Assembly: GCF_006345805.1 (NCBI RefSeq)
Contig: NC_042999.1
Span: 166,284,001 to 166,348,000 of the forward strand
Direction of reading: 5' to 3'
From: Octopus sinensis
Taxonomy: Eukaryota
Length of the DNA stretch: 64,000 nucleotides
Notes under the pieces: model-generated
Database searches by the model: none
What the model was told of the DNA's origin: nothing
The model's input: the letters and a program-made list of their open reading frames with translations, nothing else
Shown: positions 1 to 12,447 of the stretch, in pieces
Numbering within the stretch: the stretch's first letter is position 1
How the letters are laid out: every line of letters begins with the position of its first letter
Made by a program: the position numbers and the translations under genes

Positions 1-330
<330 letters not shown>

Positions 331-639
331 AACGGGAAGGTTTACGAAAATAAACAAAAGACGAAGGCAGGTGGAGTACAAACAAACAAATGTATTAGTA
401 TGGCGCTCAGGAATAGAAATAGAACAAGTCTTTTACGTTTCGAGCCTACGCTCTTCGACAGAAAGATACACAGAAAAAAAACAAGGAGAGAAAAAAAATG
501 CGTGTTGGAGCTAACGAATATATATATACAGAGGTGGGCACCGTTAATCGAAAAGTTAACTTCGTTAATCTTTAATCCGTTAATTCTTTGAAGACGTAAC
601 GGAAGTCAACGTTAATCCGTTAACGTTAACTTTTATTGA

Positions 640-1000
640 AGAGTTGCTTAACTACAGTTTAATACCCCCACCGATTCTGTTGCCTCATAAATTCTAGAAT
701 AATGGATACTTTTTAATGACGCTTTCACCAAATAATCTCTTATATCCTGTAGATTGAGTGTATATAAAGATTTGCTCGAAAAAATTTTTGAAGGGGTTGG
801 GGAAAGGAGTTTCGGAAAATTCACAGGACCCGACATTCCCCTCCCCCATAACTTTCTGGAAAATAAGTATTTTTTAATGAAATTTTATACAAATACCTTT
901 CAAACGGTGCAGATTACGATTACAAATAAATTTATGGGTAAAAGTTTTGGAAGAGGGCGTGGGGAGGGGTTCTGAGAAAACGGAGTTTCGGATCAGACGG
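640..1000. mobile_element. degenerate internal fragment related to the GGCAT MITE family
   Basis: Shares TTAATGAAATTTT..AAATA and GATTACGATTA motifs with 11466-12447; termini not found. Confidence 0.4.
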
Positions 1001-1387
1001 CCCACATAAGTTGGAATTTCTCCGCTTTGAGAGGTTTTTTTCCAGTGTTTTTCACAAAAGTCTTCAGAAAGATGGGAGGCATGTTTTCACGGAAAAAACA
1101 GAAAAAAATTTTGAAAATTTTCTTTTTCACTTCCGTCACCCCTCACCACCCCAGTCCGAAACGATTTTTGCCATTTTTTCTATTCGCTACGCTCTTAAAA
1201 TACGTGAGAGAAATATTTTCGGTTTAAAAAATATTGTTAATAATTTCAGAGGAAAATGTGTGATTTAAAGGAGATCTGGCTGTTGTTTCTAGCACATCCC
1301 AAAATGTCCCTCCTCATTTCTTTCTCACTCACACATCTATTGATATTTTTCATAATTTTTTCTCCATAAACAAATCTTATGGAATGA

Positions 1388-3260
1388 CTAGCAAACGCAC
1401 CCGTCCTTTGGACGGTTTAACTTGCTTTGGTGGTATTTTTTTCACCAAATAATCGAACTACCGAGAAGGTTTATGGGTAGCACGCAATCTATGTTCCCGA
1501 TTAATTTAGGAGCAGAAAACTAAATTGAAGGCTTATTATTGTAGAGGTCGTTGCACTTTGATTATCATAGAACATATAAGTCTGCAAGCGATGCAAAGTC
1601 GAGCTACTAAAGTGTTTTGGGAGTAGATTACGGATAATGGCTATAAAATATAGTTGTTTTACACGAAAGCGAAATTTCTTGTCAGAATCAGCCACATAAA
1701 TGGTGTAAGGAAATTAAAGGAAGACGGCGAAAGTTCCCCTCTGCGAGTTTATTTTATTCAACAGAGAAGGGAGCTTTTTTTTTTTTTTTTTTGGAGAAAA
1801 GTATGATAGGTACGTTCAAAAATAGCAATATTTGAAAAAGTAGAGTTAAAGGAATATATTTGCTACATGTTTACAGTGTACGACCAATCTGAAATTGACT
1901 TCAGGTAACGAAAAAGGAATCTTTAGCAGTTCGCAGTGAAAAGATGTCGCGTTGAAATCAGACATAGTTGTGAAGTTGTAATGACGGTAAAAGTGAACAA
2001 GAAACACCTATATACGTACTCAAAATAGCCAGCATGAATCTTATTGTGAATAGAGTTTTAATTAGAGTTGCCCCCTGCATATAATGACAGTCACTAATGC
2101 GCTATCATGAAGGATTAAAAAAGGATAATGTCCACCCGTAACGCACAATGAAAATTGAAGAATGATTGTAGAGTATTCAAGCTTTTAGCCATTCAGACCA
2201 TAGTCAGAACGTTGCCCAGTCCACACCATGAGGATGTAAAAACTCTTGTGGACCATCCCACGCCATCCCACGTCGGTGTGTCGAAACAGCTGCTAAAGAG
2301 TTGACATGAAAAAACATGTTGATGTATTAGTTAAAGACGTGGCCGTGTAGTCGACGGTATGGCTTCATCGGGACGGCAGAGCAGAACTGAAATTTCGTTA
2401 TTTGGGGGCTGGTTAAAGCATCCTTGGTGCTCTCCAATAGGAGTTTGGTCATTCCTTATGATAACTTTGAAGTTGGGCACGTCTGTATGTCGGCGTTGTA
2501 TAACAGTTTTGAAGTCCCTGACATATCGGTTAGTGGTGAGGGGCATTTCCAGAAGTTCATTCAAAAGAGGCATTTTTGTTCCAGGTGCCACCTGAGCTCG
2601 GCAAACCGTTTGCTCAGCGGTATCTCCCATGAAGTAAATTTGAAGGAATCGGTGTTCAGTGTTGTTGACAGGAAGAATAGAGCCTATCCGATGATAGGTT
2701 TGGCCCTGAATTTTGAACATTGGCATATAGGATTCTTCATGAATGGGTTTGTGACCGAAATTTTTCATCTGTATAAATTGCCGCGAGTCAGGGTGTTGAC
2801 CAAGGAGCAAAGAGAACAAAGGCTGAGGAGTGTTTTGCAGGTCAGGTAAACGAATATTTCCGTTTGAGTAGCTTGGGCCACTGGATTCTCCAGCCCACTT
2901 GAGGGCCTTGTAAATTGGACATATTACAGACATGTCCCCCGCAACAGTCTCTCGATGAGTGGTGTAATCCTCGGCAGGTTCATAGTTGAGCGCCTTTGAT
3001 GCCCATCGACTATCACTGGCTTCCAATAGCTATGGGTAAGAGGCTTCCGGTGAATATTAGACTGAAGTCTCATCATCCGATGGTTATCGTTATCTGCCAA
3101 CCTCGCGGCAGAAGTGGATGCAGCGTTGCGTGCCCGACAAATAGCAGTCTTTTGTGAGGTTTCTGCGGCCCTTGCAACAGCAGAACACACACGATAGCTT
3201 CCACACTGCTGGAGTAGATGTAGCTCAAGCAGCGGCAGCTTTTCTCAGCAGTCTACAGGA
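1388..3260 (-). mobile_element. deleted Helitron (RepHel N-terminal remnant plus 3' end)
   Basis: ORF 2331-3026 has FKIQGQTYHRIGSILP..FLQIYF and P.GEH..FN.P...EI motifs. The 3' terminus is the hairpin CCGTCC-AAA-GGACGG plus CTAG|T ending at 1388. The 5' boundary is uncertain. Confidence 0.8.
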
Positions 3261-3457
3261 CCTCTAGTCTTCAGTTAGCTTAGCCTTTAGTCGAACAAAT
3301 CAATCCTAGGACTTATTCTATCGCTCTCTTTTGCCGAACCGCTAGATCACGGTGATGTAAACACACCAACATTGGTGTCAAGTGATGATGAGGGGACAAA
3401 CATAGGACACACAAATACATACATACATACATACATACATACATACATACATACATA

Positions 3458-3560
<103 letters not shown>

Positions 3561-3732
3561 AATTGAGATAGGGGTTGTAAATGCAACCCTCCATGGGATA
3601 ACATATATCCAATATACTGCTAGTGAAGTACCCAACAAAGTTAATACATAAATGTTAAGGATTGCGATGCAATCAATTCATTTACTGTATTATATGGGCA
3701 AAGGTAAAATGATTTACCACAATTACTAATAC

Positions 3733-4172
3733 AAGATAAGAAAATGGAGAAATACATCTAAATCAAATATCAATTATCAGATAATACTCAATCACAGACT
3801 TTATTAAACCACCACATAAGAGACTGTAGGGTTAAACATAAAAAAGCAGAACAAATCAGTGTACATAAAGGAATGTACATAAAAAAGTGTACATAAAAGA
3901 GTAATGTTGAATAATAAGTAGAATATATATAAAAAAGAGAATATAAATATAAGTAAATATAAATATAAGTATAGATTACATCTTGCAGCTGTTTCGGCCA
4001 TGTAGATAAATATGTCTCATTTTACCAATATTAGCCTTTTTATGTACACTGATTTGTTCTGCTTTTTTATGTTTAACCCTACAGTCTCTTATGTGGTGGT
4101 TTAATAAAGTATGTGATTGAGTATTATCTGGTAATTGATATTTGATTTAGATGTATTTCTCCATTTTCTTAT

Positions 4173-4175
<3 letters not shown>
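3733..4175. repeat. long inverted repeat (arms 3733-3869 / 4039-4175)
   Basis: About 137-bp arms with about 2 mismatches by eye. Confidence 0.9.
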
Positions 4176-4201
<26 letters not shown>

Positions 4202-4205
<4 letters not shown>

Positions 4206-4368
4206 GACGGGCTTCTTACAGTTTCCGTCTGCCAAATCCACTCACAAGGCTTTGGTTAGCCCGAGGCTATAGCAGAAGACATTTGCCCAAGGTGCTATGC
4301 AGTGGGTATGAACCCGAAACCATGTGGTTGGGAAGCAAGCTTCTTACCACATAGCCACTCTTGTGCCT
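4202..4368 (-). mobile_element. SINE family A 5' half; other partial or diverged copies at about 3309-3410, 18305-18640, 46250-46450, 54250-54420, 54700-54860, 57990-58215 and 59620-60045
   Basis: Recognisable GAAGACA.TTGCCCAAG and GCCGAACCGCTA motifs. Confidence 0.75.
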
Positions 4369-4990
4369 GTATGTATAAAATTTCACAAGGGAGTCTTCCG
4401 ATTATTCGATAAACTACAGAACCTACTCATTGTGCTTTGTGTGTGTGTGTGTGTGTGTGGAAAGTGGAAATTTTTTGGTAATATTTATTCTTCATTTCTC
4501 GAGTTCATTTGCTAATAGGAATTACATAGAAATACATGTCTATCTAACATGTAAATCTTTGTAATTCCTATTAGTAAATGAAACGCGTGTAATGGAGAAT
4601 AAATAATACCCAAAAGATTTCCTCCTTCCTGTTTTGCTATATAATAACTCTGCAAATAATATTTCCATAATTCCCTATTTTAGTATGTATTTTGACTAAG
4701 ATAAAGCAGTAACTATGGATGCGTATTGGCAGTAACAATGGAATAAGCAGATGTGTTTCAAGTGAAAATAGCTATGATTTACTCTAACTATCGATCTAAT
4801 ATATGTATATATGCACGCGCGCGTCTGTGTAATAATAAAATTTCATAAGTGAGTGTTCCGGTTATTCGGTGAATTATACAAGCTGCTCATTGTGTTGGCA
4901 TGTAAGTGACTGAATGTATATATATGAATGTCAAGGCCGACTGGCGAGCTGGCATGCGTTCGGTCCGCCTTCCTGCGCATGTATTATGAT

Positions 4991-5407
4991 CTCTTTTTAC
5001 TCTCTTTTTACTCTTTTTACTTGTTTCAGTAATTTGACTGCGGCCATGCTGGAGCACCGCCTTTAGTCGAGCAAATCGACCCCGGGACTTATTCTTTGTA
5101 AGCCCAGTACTTATTCTATCGGTCTCTTTTGCCGAACCGCTAAGTGACGGGGACGTAAACACACCAGCATCGGTTGTCAAGCAATGCTAGGGGAACAAAC
5201 ACAGACACATATTCACACACACTTATATATATATACATATATACGACAGGCTTCTTTCAGTTTCCGTCTACCAAATCCACTCACAAGGCATTGGTCGGCC
5301 CGGGGCTATAGCAGAAGACACTTGCCCAAGATGCCACGCAGTGGGACTGAACCCGGAACCATGTGGTTGGTTAGCAAGCTACTTACCACACAGCCACTCC
5401 TGCGCCT
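4991..5407 (-). mobile_element. tRNA-derived SINE family A, full length
   Basis: A box TGGCTGTGTGGT, B box GGTTCAGTCCC, CTTGGGCAAGT core, internal microsatellite, (GTAAAAGA)n tail. Confidence 0.9.
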
Positions 5408-5759
5408 ACATAAAAAAAAACATGCATACACACGCATGCGCACACGTAAGAAACATGAACACAAGAAGTACATATAAACTCAATTAAACCCACCGTCAAC
5501 AAAATTCATATAAATATCAGACACCCTTGGAGAAAGACAATCGCAAAGAAATCTTTGTAAAGGCTATTGTCATATTCTTTAATTAATTAATTAATTAAAA
5601 TGAACTAAAATACAGCCCTGTGTGTGTTGTTGTTGTTGTATGACGTAAAAAAAAACGGCCGATTACTAGAGAAAACTGGTAGAGAGCGCGCATCCTGGAC
5701 GAACCAGCGAAAACACCGAACTTGAACAAACACTTTGAAAGCCTGCAAATGTCAAGCAC

Positions 5760-7320
5760 TTAACAAGCTGCTAATCCCATTTGAAAAGTGTATTCTTTAG
5801 GTTATCAAACAGATTAAATTCATAAATTCCAACCTCACTTTCTAGAAACTTTTGGCTAACAAAATTAAAGCCTTTACAAAAAAAAAATCGAGTAACGTCT
5901 TCAAGATATATTAAAGATCATATATGAGACTCCATCACAAACGTATATCTAACAGTACCACTAGAAAAGAAATAAATAAAACTGGAACACCCTTAACGGC
6001 ATTAACCAAAAGGATAAAATTATTATTTCCGGTTCAAAATAGAAGAAACAGAACTGAGATTTTGAACTCCGATCAACCGTTCTTTCTCTTTATCGGCAAC
6101 AAGGATAATTTCAACTGTAAAGCTTCCATAAGACTTAACAAGCGCATAAAAAAAAAAGCATAGATAAACTTAGCAAGCACTTACTATCAGGTCATCCCAT
6201 AAGATCTGTCCGAATTTTGAATAAAGAAAACAAGTGATCAAATGTTATATTTAATTGAAATTTAACCATCAATGTACTTTCCCTGATTATCTATTTACAA
6301 GCTTTTTAATCCCATCAATGTAAAATTCTTTTGGTTTCAAAGCGAAGAACTCTGAAATGTCAGTTTCGACCTCCTCCTGGCTTGCGAAAGTTATGTCCCC
6401 CAAATGATTCTGTAAACTACGAAACAAATGGTAGTCTGAAGGAGCATGGTCGGGATTCTAAGGTGGATGAGGATTTTTTTCTCACCCAAGCTCTTCGATC
6501 TTCTGTGATGTGATCTTTACAGTGTGGGGTCGCGCATTGTCCTGATGAAATATCACTCCTTTTCGGGTCTTTTTTTCTTCAAAGCTTGGTCCTGTTCGAT
6601 CTTCATCTTCAAGGCTGAAATCTCCACTTCTGAAGTTTGCAAACCATCTTCTGAGAGTTCTTTCATTCAAGCATTCTTTCCCATAAACTGAGTGTGTGTT
6701 TCGAGTCGCTTCAGCTGCAGAGTTTCCTTTTTTTGTACTCATAAAGCATTATGTGCCTCAAATGCTCTTTGGATACTTCCATGTTAGAAAGGGCTTTAAT
6801 CAAAGTAATATTAATTCTATTATTCTGTAAAATAATATTTAATTTTTTTTAAATCTACACAAATGCATAAAAATAATTTTCAATTCCATTAGACATTCTA
6901 AAATACTATAAAATTTCATTCAATTTTAAAAAAGGTAAAATCGAACAGAACTTATGGGATGTACTGATAGAATCATTTCAAGAAGGTATCATGTTTACTA
7001 TTATGGATTAACACATTAGAAATCATCGATCAATTAAGCGTGGTATGAAGTTTTTCCAGTTTGATATCAATAGCTACCACTCCGCCATTACTAATCCACT
7101 CCTTCTCAAAGTACTTGACTGTTGAAAACATCACTCAAATCTCAGGCCAAGAAATTTGCATCAACCTGTTCACTTGCTAACATTTCTTTGAGCAGAACAA
7201 TTATATCTGGATTAAAAATCCCTCCAACGTGCTTTCCAACAATAGTATAGGTATCAGCGACTCGGCAGCCTTATCGACGTGTACTTCCTGTGCAACATCA
7301 ATGGCATATTCCCAAGTTTC
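5760..7320 (+). mobile_element. Penelope-like RT remnant interrupted by a mariner
   Basis: KDNFNCKASIRL (about 6100-6135) before the mariner; FFQFDINSYHSAIT and YIWIKN after it. Confidence 0.55.
6187..6967 (-). mobile_element. internally deleted mariner transposon
   Basis: Imperfect TIRs TCAGGTCATCCCATAAGATCTGTCCG / CGAACAGAACTTATGGGATGTACTGA; TA at both flanks (6185-6186, 6968-6969). The ORF at 6482-6742 fuses the HTH (AAEATRN..VYG..WFANFRSGDFSLED) to FHQDNARPH. Confidence 0.9.
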
Positions 7321-8223
7321 ATAGGAAAGGCAACAGCCTTCTTACATTTGCAAATAGTAGCTCGCAACTCACCAAAAGATCCCAGGAAAGCTGTGTAACG
7401 GAAAAGTTTTTAGTTGTAGTTTTTAGTTGAAGTCGAGGGACACCAATTGTAACGGTAGAAATTGATTGGTAAACAATGTTATGAAATGTCGGTGGAGGCA
7501 GTGGTAACCATAATAATTTGTGGTTATAATTGTTTACTGTTGGATGAGAAAGATGAACAATGCATGAAGTTTTAAGGAAATGTTTATTTACCGTTACCTT
7601 ACAATATCCTTGCCTCGACGGGCAGGTTAATGATAAATCCAAAAGCATGCGAAGTAAAGTTTGTGTTTGTGTCCTCTTCATTGTTTAGTAGTAATTACAG
7701 AGAGAGATAGAATGATGTTGTAAGAGAACAGAATTAGAGCAAGTGAGAATTGTAGGGTGTGGAACGTTGTCTCACAGTTGCTGGCAGTGAACTTCATTTC
7801 TCCCTCTGACCAATGTTCTCGCTGGTCAGCCAGACTTCGTTGTCACCGAAATGGCTACTTGGAAAATGTAAAACTGCTGTCAGAGAAAAACCATTGTTCC
7901 ACCGTGGGAATAGTTCTGTAGCAGTGTTAATTTAAATTTGGCTATGGTGGATCAAATCCACTTCATGCATGCAAGATCCACTCCACCTTGTACGGCTTTT
8001 TCGAAAGATTATGTCATCAAATCGCTGTAGAACACAGCTGCACCAAGCTCAATTTCCTTGATGTTATTTACACCGGACCTTTTTAACTTTCGTTACTATT
8101 TGTAACATAAACAGACAAATCCTTGAACTACATATACCCAGACCATTCTAGAGACATCATGAAACACCAGATGCCCAACATTTCCAGCAACCTAGCCTAT
8201 TTTTCTCCAACAGATAAATTTTC

Positions 8224-8541
8224 TTAGACGCAGGACTTTACTGCGAGGATGTATCTCTCAGAAGCAACTACGAGGGAAAAGTCTCTTACATAAAATCCAC
8301 ACCTAAACCACAAGTATGCTGTATCATTTAACTTAGAAAGGTTTTGGCCAGTATTGGCCCAGGCCATGTCTAACTTAATGGCGAAGTCTTTCAATTCAGG
8401 ATTTGGGCACCGAGGCCCATTCGAGCAGAGAGTTATTGCTTGCGGAGACATATCCAGTCGACCCCAGTAGTCGAGGTCTGACATGCCATCTATCTTTTTC
8501 GTGATTGACCTTTGGAGAGCTTCAACTTTCATAACATCCAC
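8224..8541 (-). mobile_element. CR1/L2-like LINE RT C-terminal remnant
   Basis: KVEALQRSITKKIDGMSDLDYWGRL matches the LExVQRxxTK...L.Y.xRL motif. Confidence 0.6.
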
Positions 8542-8749
8542 AAAATAAATATTACCTGGATTATATCTCCATACAGTAACAACACCTGCAGTAACAACAC
8601 CTGCAGTTAAAACTCCTTTGCTCTACATATAAAACATTTTCTTCCACAATACTATAAAATACTTAAGAAAATACTATCAAAATTTCACACTTCACCACTC
8701 CTAACTTAGCCCAGCGAAACAAGCTAAAATTACTCCTACATGTCAACGT

Positions 8750-9011
8750 GTGTGTATGTGTGAGTGTGTGTGTGAGTGTGTGTGAGTGTGTGTGCGTGTG
8801 CGTGTATTTCCTTTCAGTTCCATCTCAGTCAAAAATCTCCTTTACTGAGAGAGAGAGAGAGAGAAAGACAGAGAGACAGAGAGAGAGAGAGACAGAGAGA
8901 CAGAGAGAGACAGAGAGAGAGAGACAGAGAGACAGAGAGAGACAGAGAGAGAGAGAGAGACGGGCAGACTGATGGATAGATAGACAGACAGACAATGAGA
9001 TAGATAGATAT

Positions 9012-9073
<62 letters not shown>

Positions 9074-9074
9074 C

Positions 9075-9137
<63 letters not shown>

Positions 9138-9146
9138 CGATCGATC

Positions 9147-9179
<33 letters not shown>

Positions 9180-9275
9180 TTAGATAGATCGATAGATAGA
9201 TAGATAGATAGATAGATATAGATAGATAGATGATAGATAGATAGATTAGATAGATAGATATAGATAGATAGATAT

Positions 9276-9312
<37 letters not shown>

Positions 9313-9347
9313 AGATCGATAGATAGATAGATAGATAGATAGATAGT

Positions 9348-9445
<98 letters not shown>
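8750..9445. repeat. compound (TG)n-(GA)n-(GACA)n-(GATA)n microsatellite
   Basis: Direct reading; a similar block lies at 11020-11285. Confidence 0.95.
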
Positions 9446-9746
9446 CGCTATTAAGCTGTATTGTGGTAAATTTTCGCTGTTTTTGTATCAAGGCGAAACT
9501 TCATTCGAAGCAGCTCTCTGTTCAAAAGGTGAACGAGCTTGGTCCTCCTGTCATTTCGTATATCAGGGACTACATTATATAATATGCAGTTCCGTTTTTA
9601 AGAGTGAAGTTTGAGAGACACTACACTTCGGTTTTCAGCAAGTCGAGCAACCACATGGCTTCCTCGTAGGCAAATTGTTTTATATCTATATATAGATACC
9701 CGAACAGATAATATATGTAGGGGTGTGGTAACTAGACACAAAGAGG

Positions 9747-9790
<44 letters not shown>

Positions 9791-9934
9791 GAAGAAAGAA
9801 AGAAAGAAAGAAAGAAAAAGAGGGGAGTAGAAAGAGAGAAAGAATGAATGAAAAAAAGAGATTAGGAGAAAATGAAAGGAATGTTTAGTACTAAGAATGA
9901 CTTAAATGCGGGGATGGTGGGGGAAGCTAAGCGT

Positions 9935-9944
9935 GTGACGTCAC
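9935..9944. promoter_or_regulatory. palindromic CRE-type site GTGACGTCAC
   Basis: 10-bp perfect palindrome containing TGACGTCA about 215 bp upstream of the cPLA2 ATG, with more GTCAC half-sites just downstream. Function is unproven. Confidence 0.3.
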
Positions 9945-10157
9945 TTGTCACATTAAAAAAAAGACATTTTGTCACCCTCTATATATACATATTCATTCAT
10001 TTCTACTTAGTAGCAGAGTTTGTGAAGACGTGCAACAGGCTGTATATTATTTTTCATATTTATTATCATACAGAACTGATTCCTGATAGCAAACACGTTT
10101 CTTTGTTTACAATTATCAAAATTTTAAATTTTCTGGTTGTCAAATAATTCTCAGTTC

Positions 10158-10435
10158 ATGTCTACACTGGCAATTACCCCAAACATGCGTAACAATATGA
10201 AAACTTGTCCTAATTACACGGAGCGCGTAGATGCTAATACTAACAAAATGTCGCAATTAGCAGTTTCGGGTGACACATCTCAAATAACAGTTAATGAAGA
10301 TAATCATTCACCGTTGGGCAGAAGGAAAGTATCAACTGGTTCGGCTTTTTCTCAGAGACATAGGTCGCGCCCAGCGAATCTCTATATTTCTTCTACGCCG
10401 AAACATCAAATGATGAACGACGGTTTTAACGCGAC
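10158..10435 (+). CDS. PLA2G4A: cPLA2-like gene, first coding exon (N-terminal extension, MSTLAITP...GFNA(T))
   Basis: ATG at 10158; open frame to a GTAAGT donor at 10436 in phase 2 (AC|). This joins the 37086 exon (A TTT GAT CCC) to give T-F-D-P-Y. A possible upstream acceptor CAG lies at 10152-10154. Confidence 0.75.
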
Positions 10436-10478
10436 GTAAGTAACAATTTAATTTAATTCTAATCTATTTTACACAAAT

Positions 10479-10527
<49 letters not shown>

Positions 10528-10625
10528 ACTCTCTCTCTCTCTCAAACACACACACACCACGCTCGCAGCCCCAGGAACATCATTCAAAATGCATCCCAGG
10601 GTATCCATGATTTGTTTAAATTATA

Positions 10626-10995
10626 TTCTTTTATTCTTTTATTCCTTTACTTGTTTCAGTCATTTGACTGCGGCCATGCTGGAGCACCTCCTTTAATCAA
10701 ACAAATCGACCATAGATCTTATTCTTTGTAAGCCTAGTACTTATCTTATCGGTCCTTTTGCCGAATCGCTAAGTTACGGGAAAGTAAACACACCAACATC
10801 GGTTGTCAAGCGGGGGTGGGGTGGGGACAAACACAGACACACATACCACACATACATATACATATACGACGGGCTTCTTTTAGTTTCCGCCTACCAAATC
10901 CACTCACAAGGCTTTCGTCGGCCCGGGGCTACAGCAGAAGACACTGAACCCGGAACCATGTGGTTGGGAAGCAGGCTTCTCAATACCCAGCTGCT
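10626..10995 (-). mobile_element. SINE family A with internal deletion
   Basis: Same halves, with part of the head region deleted near 10940. Confidence 0.8.
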
Positions 10996-11022
10996 CTTGT
11001 ATATATTTGATATGTATGTAAA

Positions 11023-11061
<39 letters not shown>

Positions 11062-11074
11062 CTGTGTATATGGA

Positions 11075-11106
<32 letters not shown>

Positions 11107-11147
11107 CAGACAGACAGACAGACAGATAGACAGACAGACAGACAGAC

Positions 11148-11178
<31 letters not shown>

Positions 11179-11215
11179 TATATAGACAGATAGACAGATA
11201 GACAGATAGATAGAC

Positions 11216-11282
<67 letters not shown>

Positions 11283-11465
11283 CAGATATGCACTCTTATT
11301 CCCACACATACACGATATTATTGGCACGTTGGTGAAAATATCTTTTATGTCTTGTACACGTAACGGGAATTATGATGATGATGATATTTATGCTTGCTTT
11401 TTAACGGTAGTTATTAACAGCCAAAGTAAAGTGGGCTGAAAACTGCAAGGAGGCTTAAACCTGGG

Positions 11466-12447
11466 GGCATACCTACAAATGTGTGACCTCTACCCTGGAC
11501 TTTGTTTCCTCATAACTTCCAGAAAATTGAATCGTTTTTAATGAAATTTTCTATAAATATGCTTCAGATGCAGTAGATTGCGATTTACTGGTATTGTGAA
11601 TTTTTTTTCCTGTGGGTGGGAAGAGGAGTTTGGGAAAATTCACACGAGTCAGCTTCATTTCCTCGAAACTTTCAGGAAACTGAGTATTTTTAATAAAATT
11701 TTCTACAAATACTTTCCAGAGTGTGAAAATTACGATTATATTGGAATTTGGTGTGGAGAAAAAAATTATAATAATCATTTCTACTATAAAATTTGGGAGA
11801 AGGGACTAGGTCGATTACATCGACTTGAGTGTGTGACTGGTACTTATTTAATCGACCCCAGAAAGATGAAAGGCAAAGTCGACCTCAGTGGAATTTGAAC
11901 TCAGAACGTAGTGACGTACGAAATACCTATTTCTTTACTGCCCACAAGGGGCTACACATAGAGGGGACAAACAAGGACAGACGAACGGCGGAATTTGAAC
12001 TCAGAACTTAACGGCAGACGATATACCGCTAAGCCTTTCGTCCGGTGTGCTGCACACATGACAATTTTTTCCGATATTTCAAGCTTCATTTAATAGATAT
12101 ATGTGACGTGTGTCTGTATGTACGAGCGCACCAATTTTTTTTTATTTGAAATTCAGATATAATCATAATCTACACACACTGAAAAATATTTATAGAAAAT
12201 TCCATAAAAAATTTCTCATTTTTCTGGAAGTTATGAGTAAAGAAAGTCGACTCGTGTGCATTTTCCGAAACTCCTTATCCCATCCACGGAAAAAAAATTT
12301 TCTTTTTCACCACAAACTCCGATATAATCAGAATCTTCAGCATCTAAAGTGTATGTGTAGAAAATTTCATTTAAAATTACCCATTTTTTTCTGCAAGTTA
12401 TGAGGAAACCAAGTCGGTGGGTGGGGGTGCACCTGCGGAGGCATGCC
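11466..12447. mobile_element. MITE with long imperfect TIRs (GGCAT...ATGCC) and 8-bp TSD; contains a nested SINE
   Basis: TSD AACCTGGG at 11458-11465 and 12448-12455; subterminal GACTTTGTTTCCTCATAACTT motif inverted at both ends. Confidence 0.8.

Noticed and set aside
529-640. CAG-starting GTTAAC-rich segment resembling a hAT MITE left end
   Set aside because: No matching right end or TSD was found.
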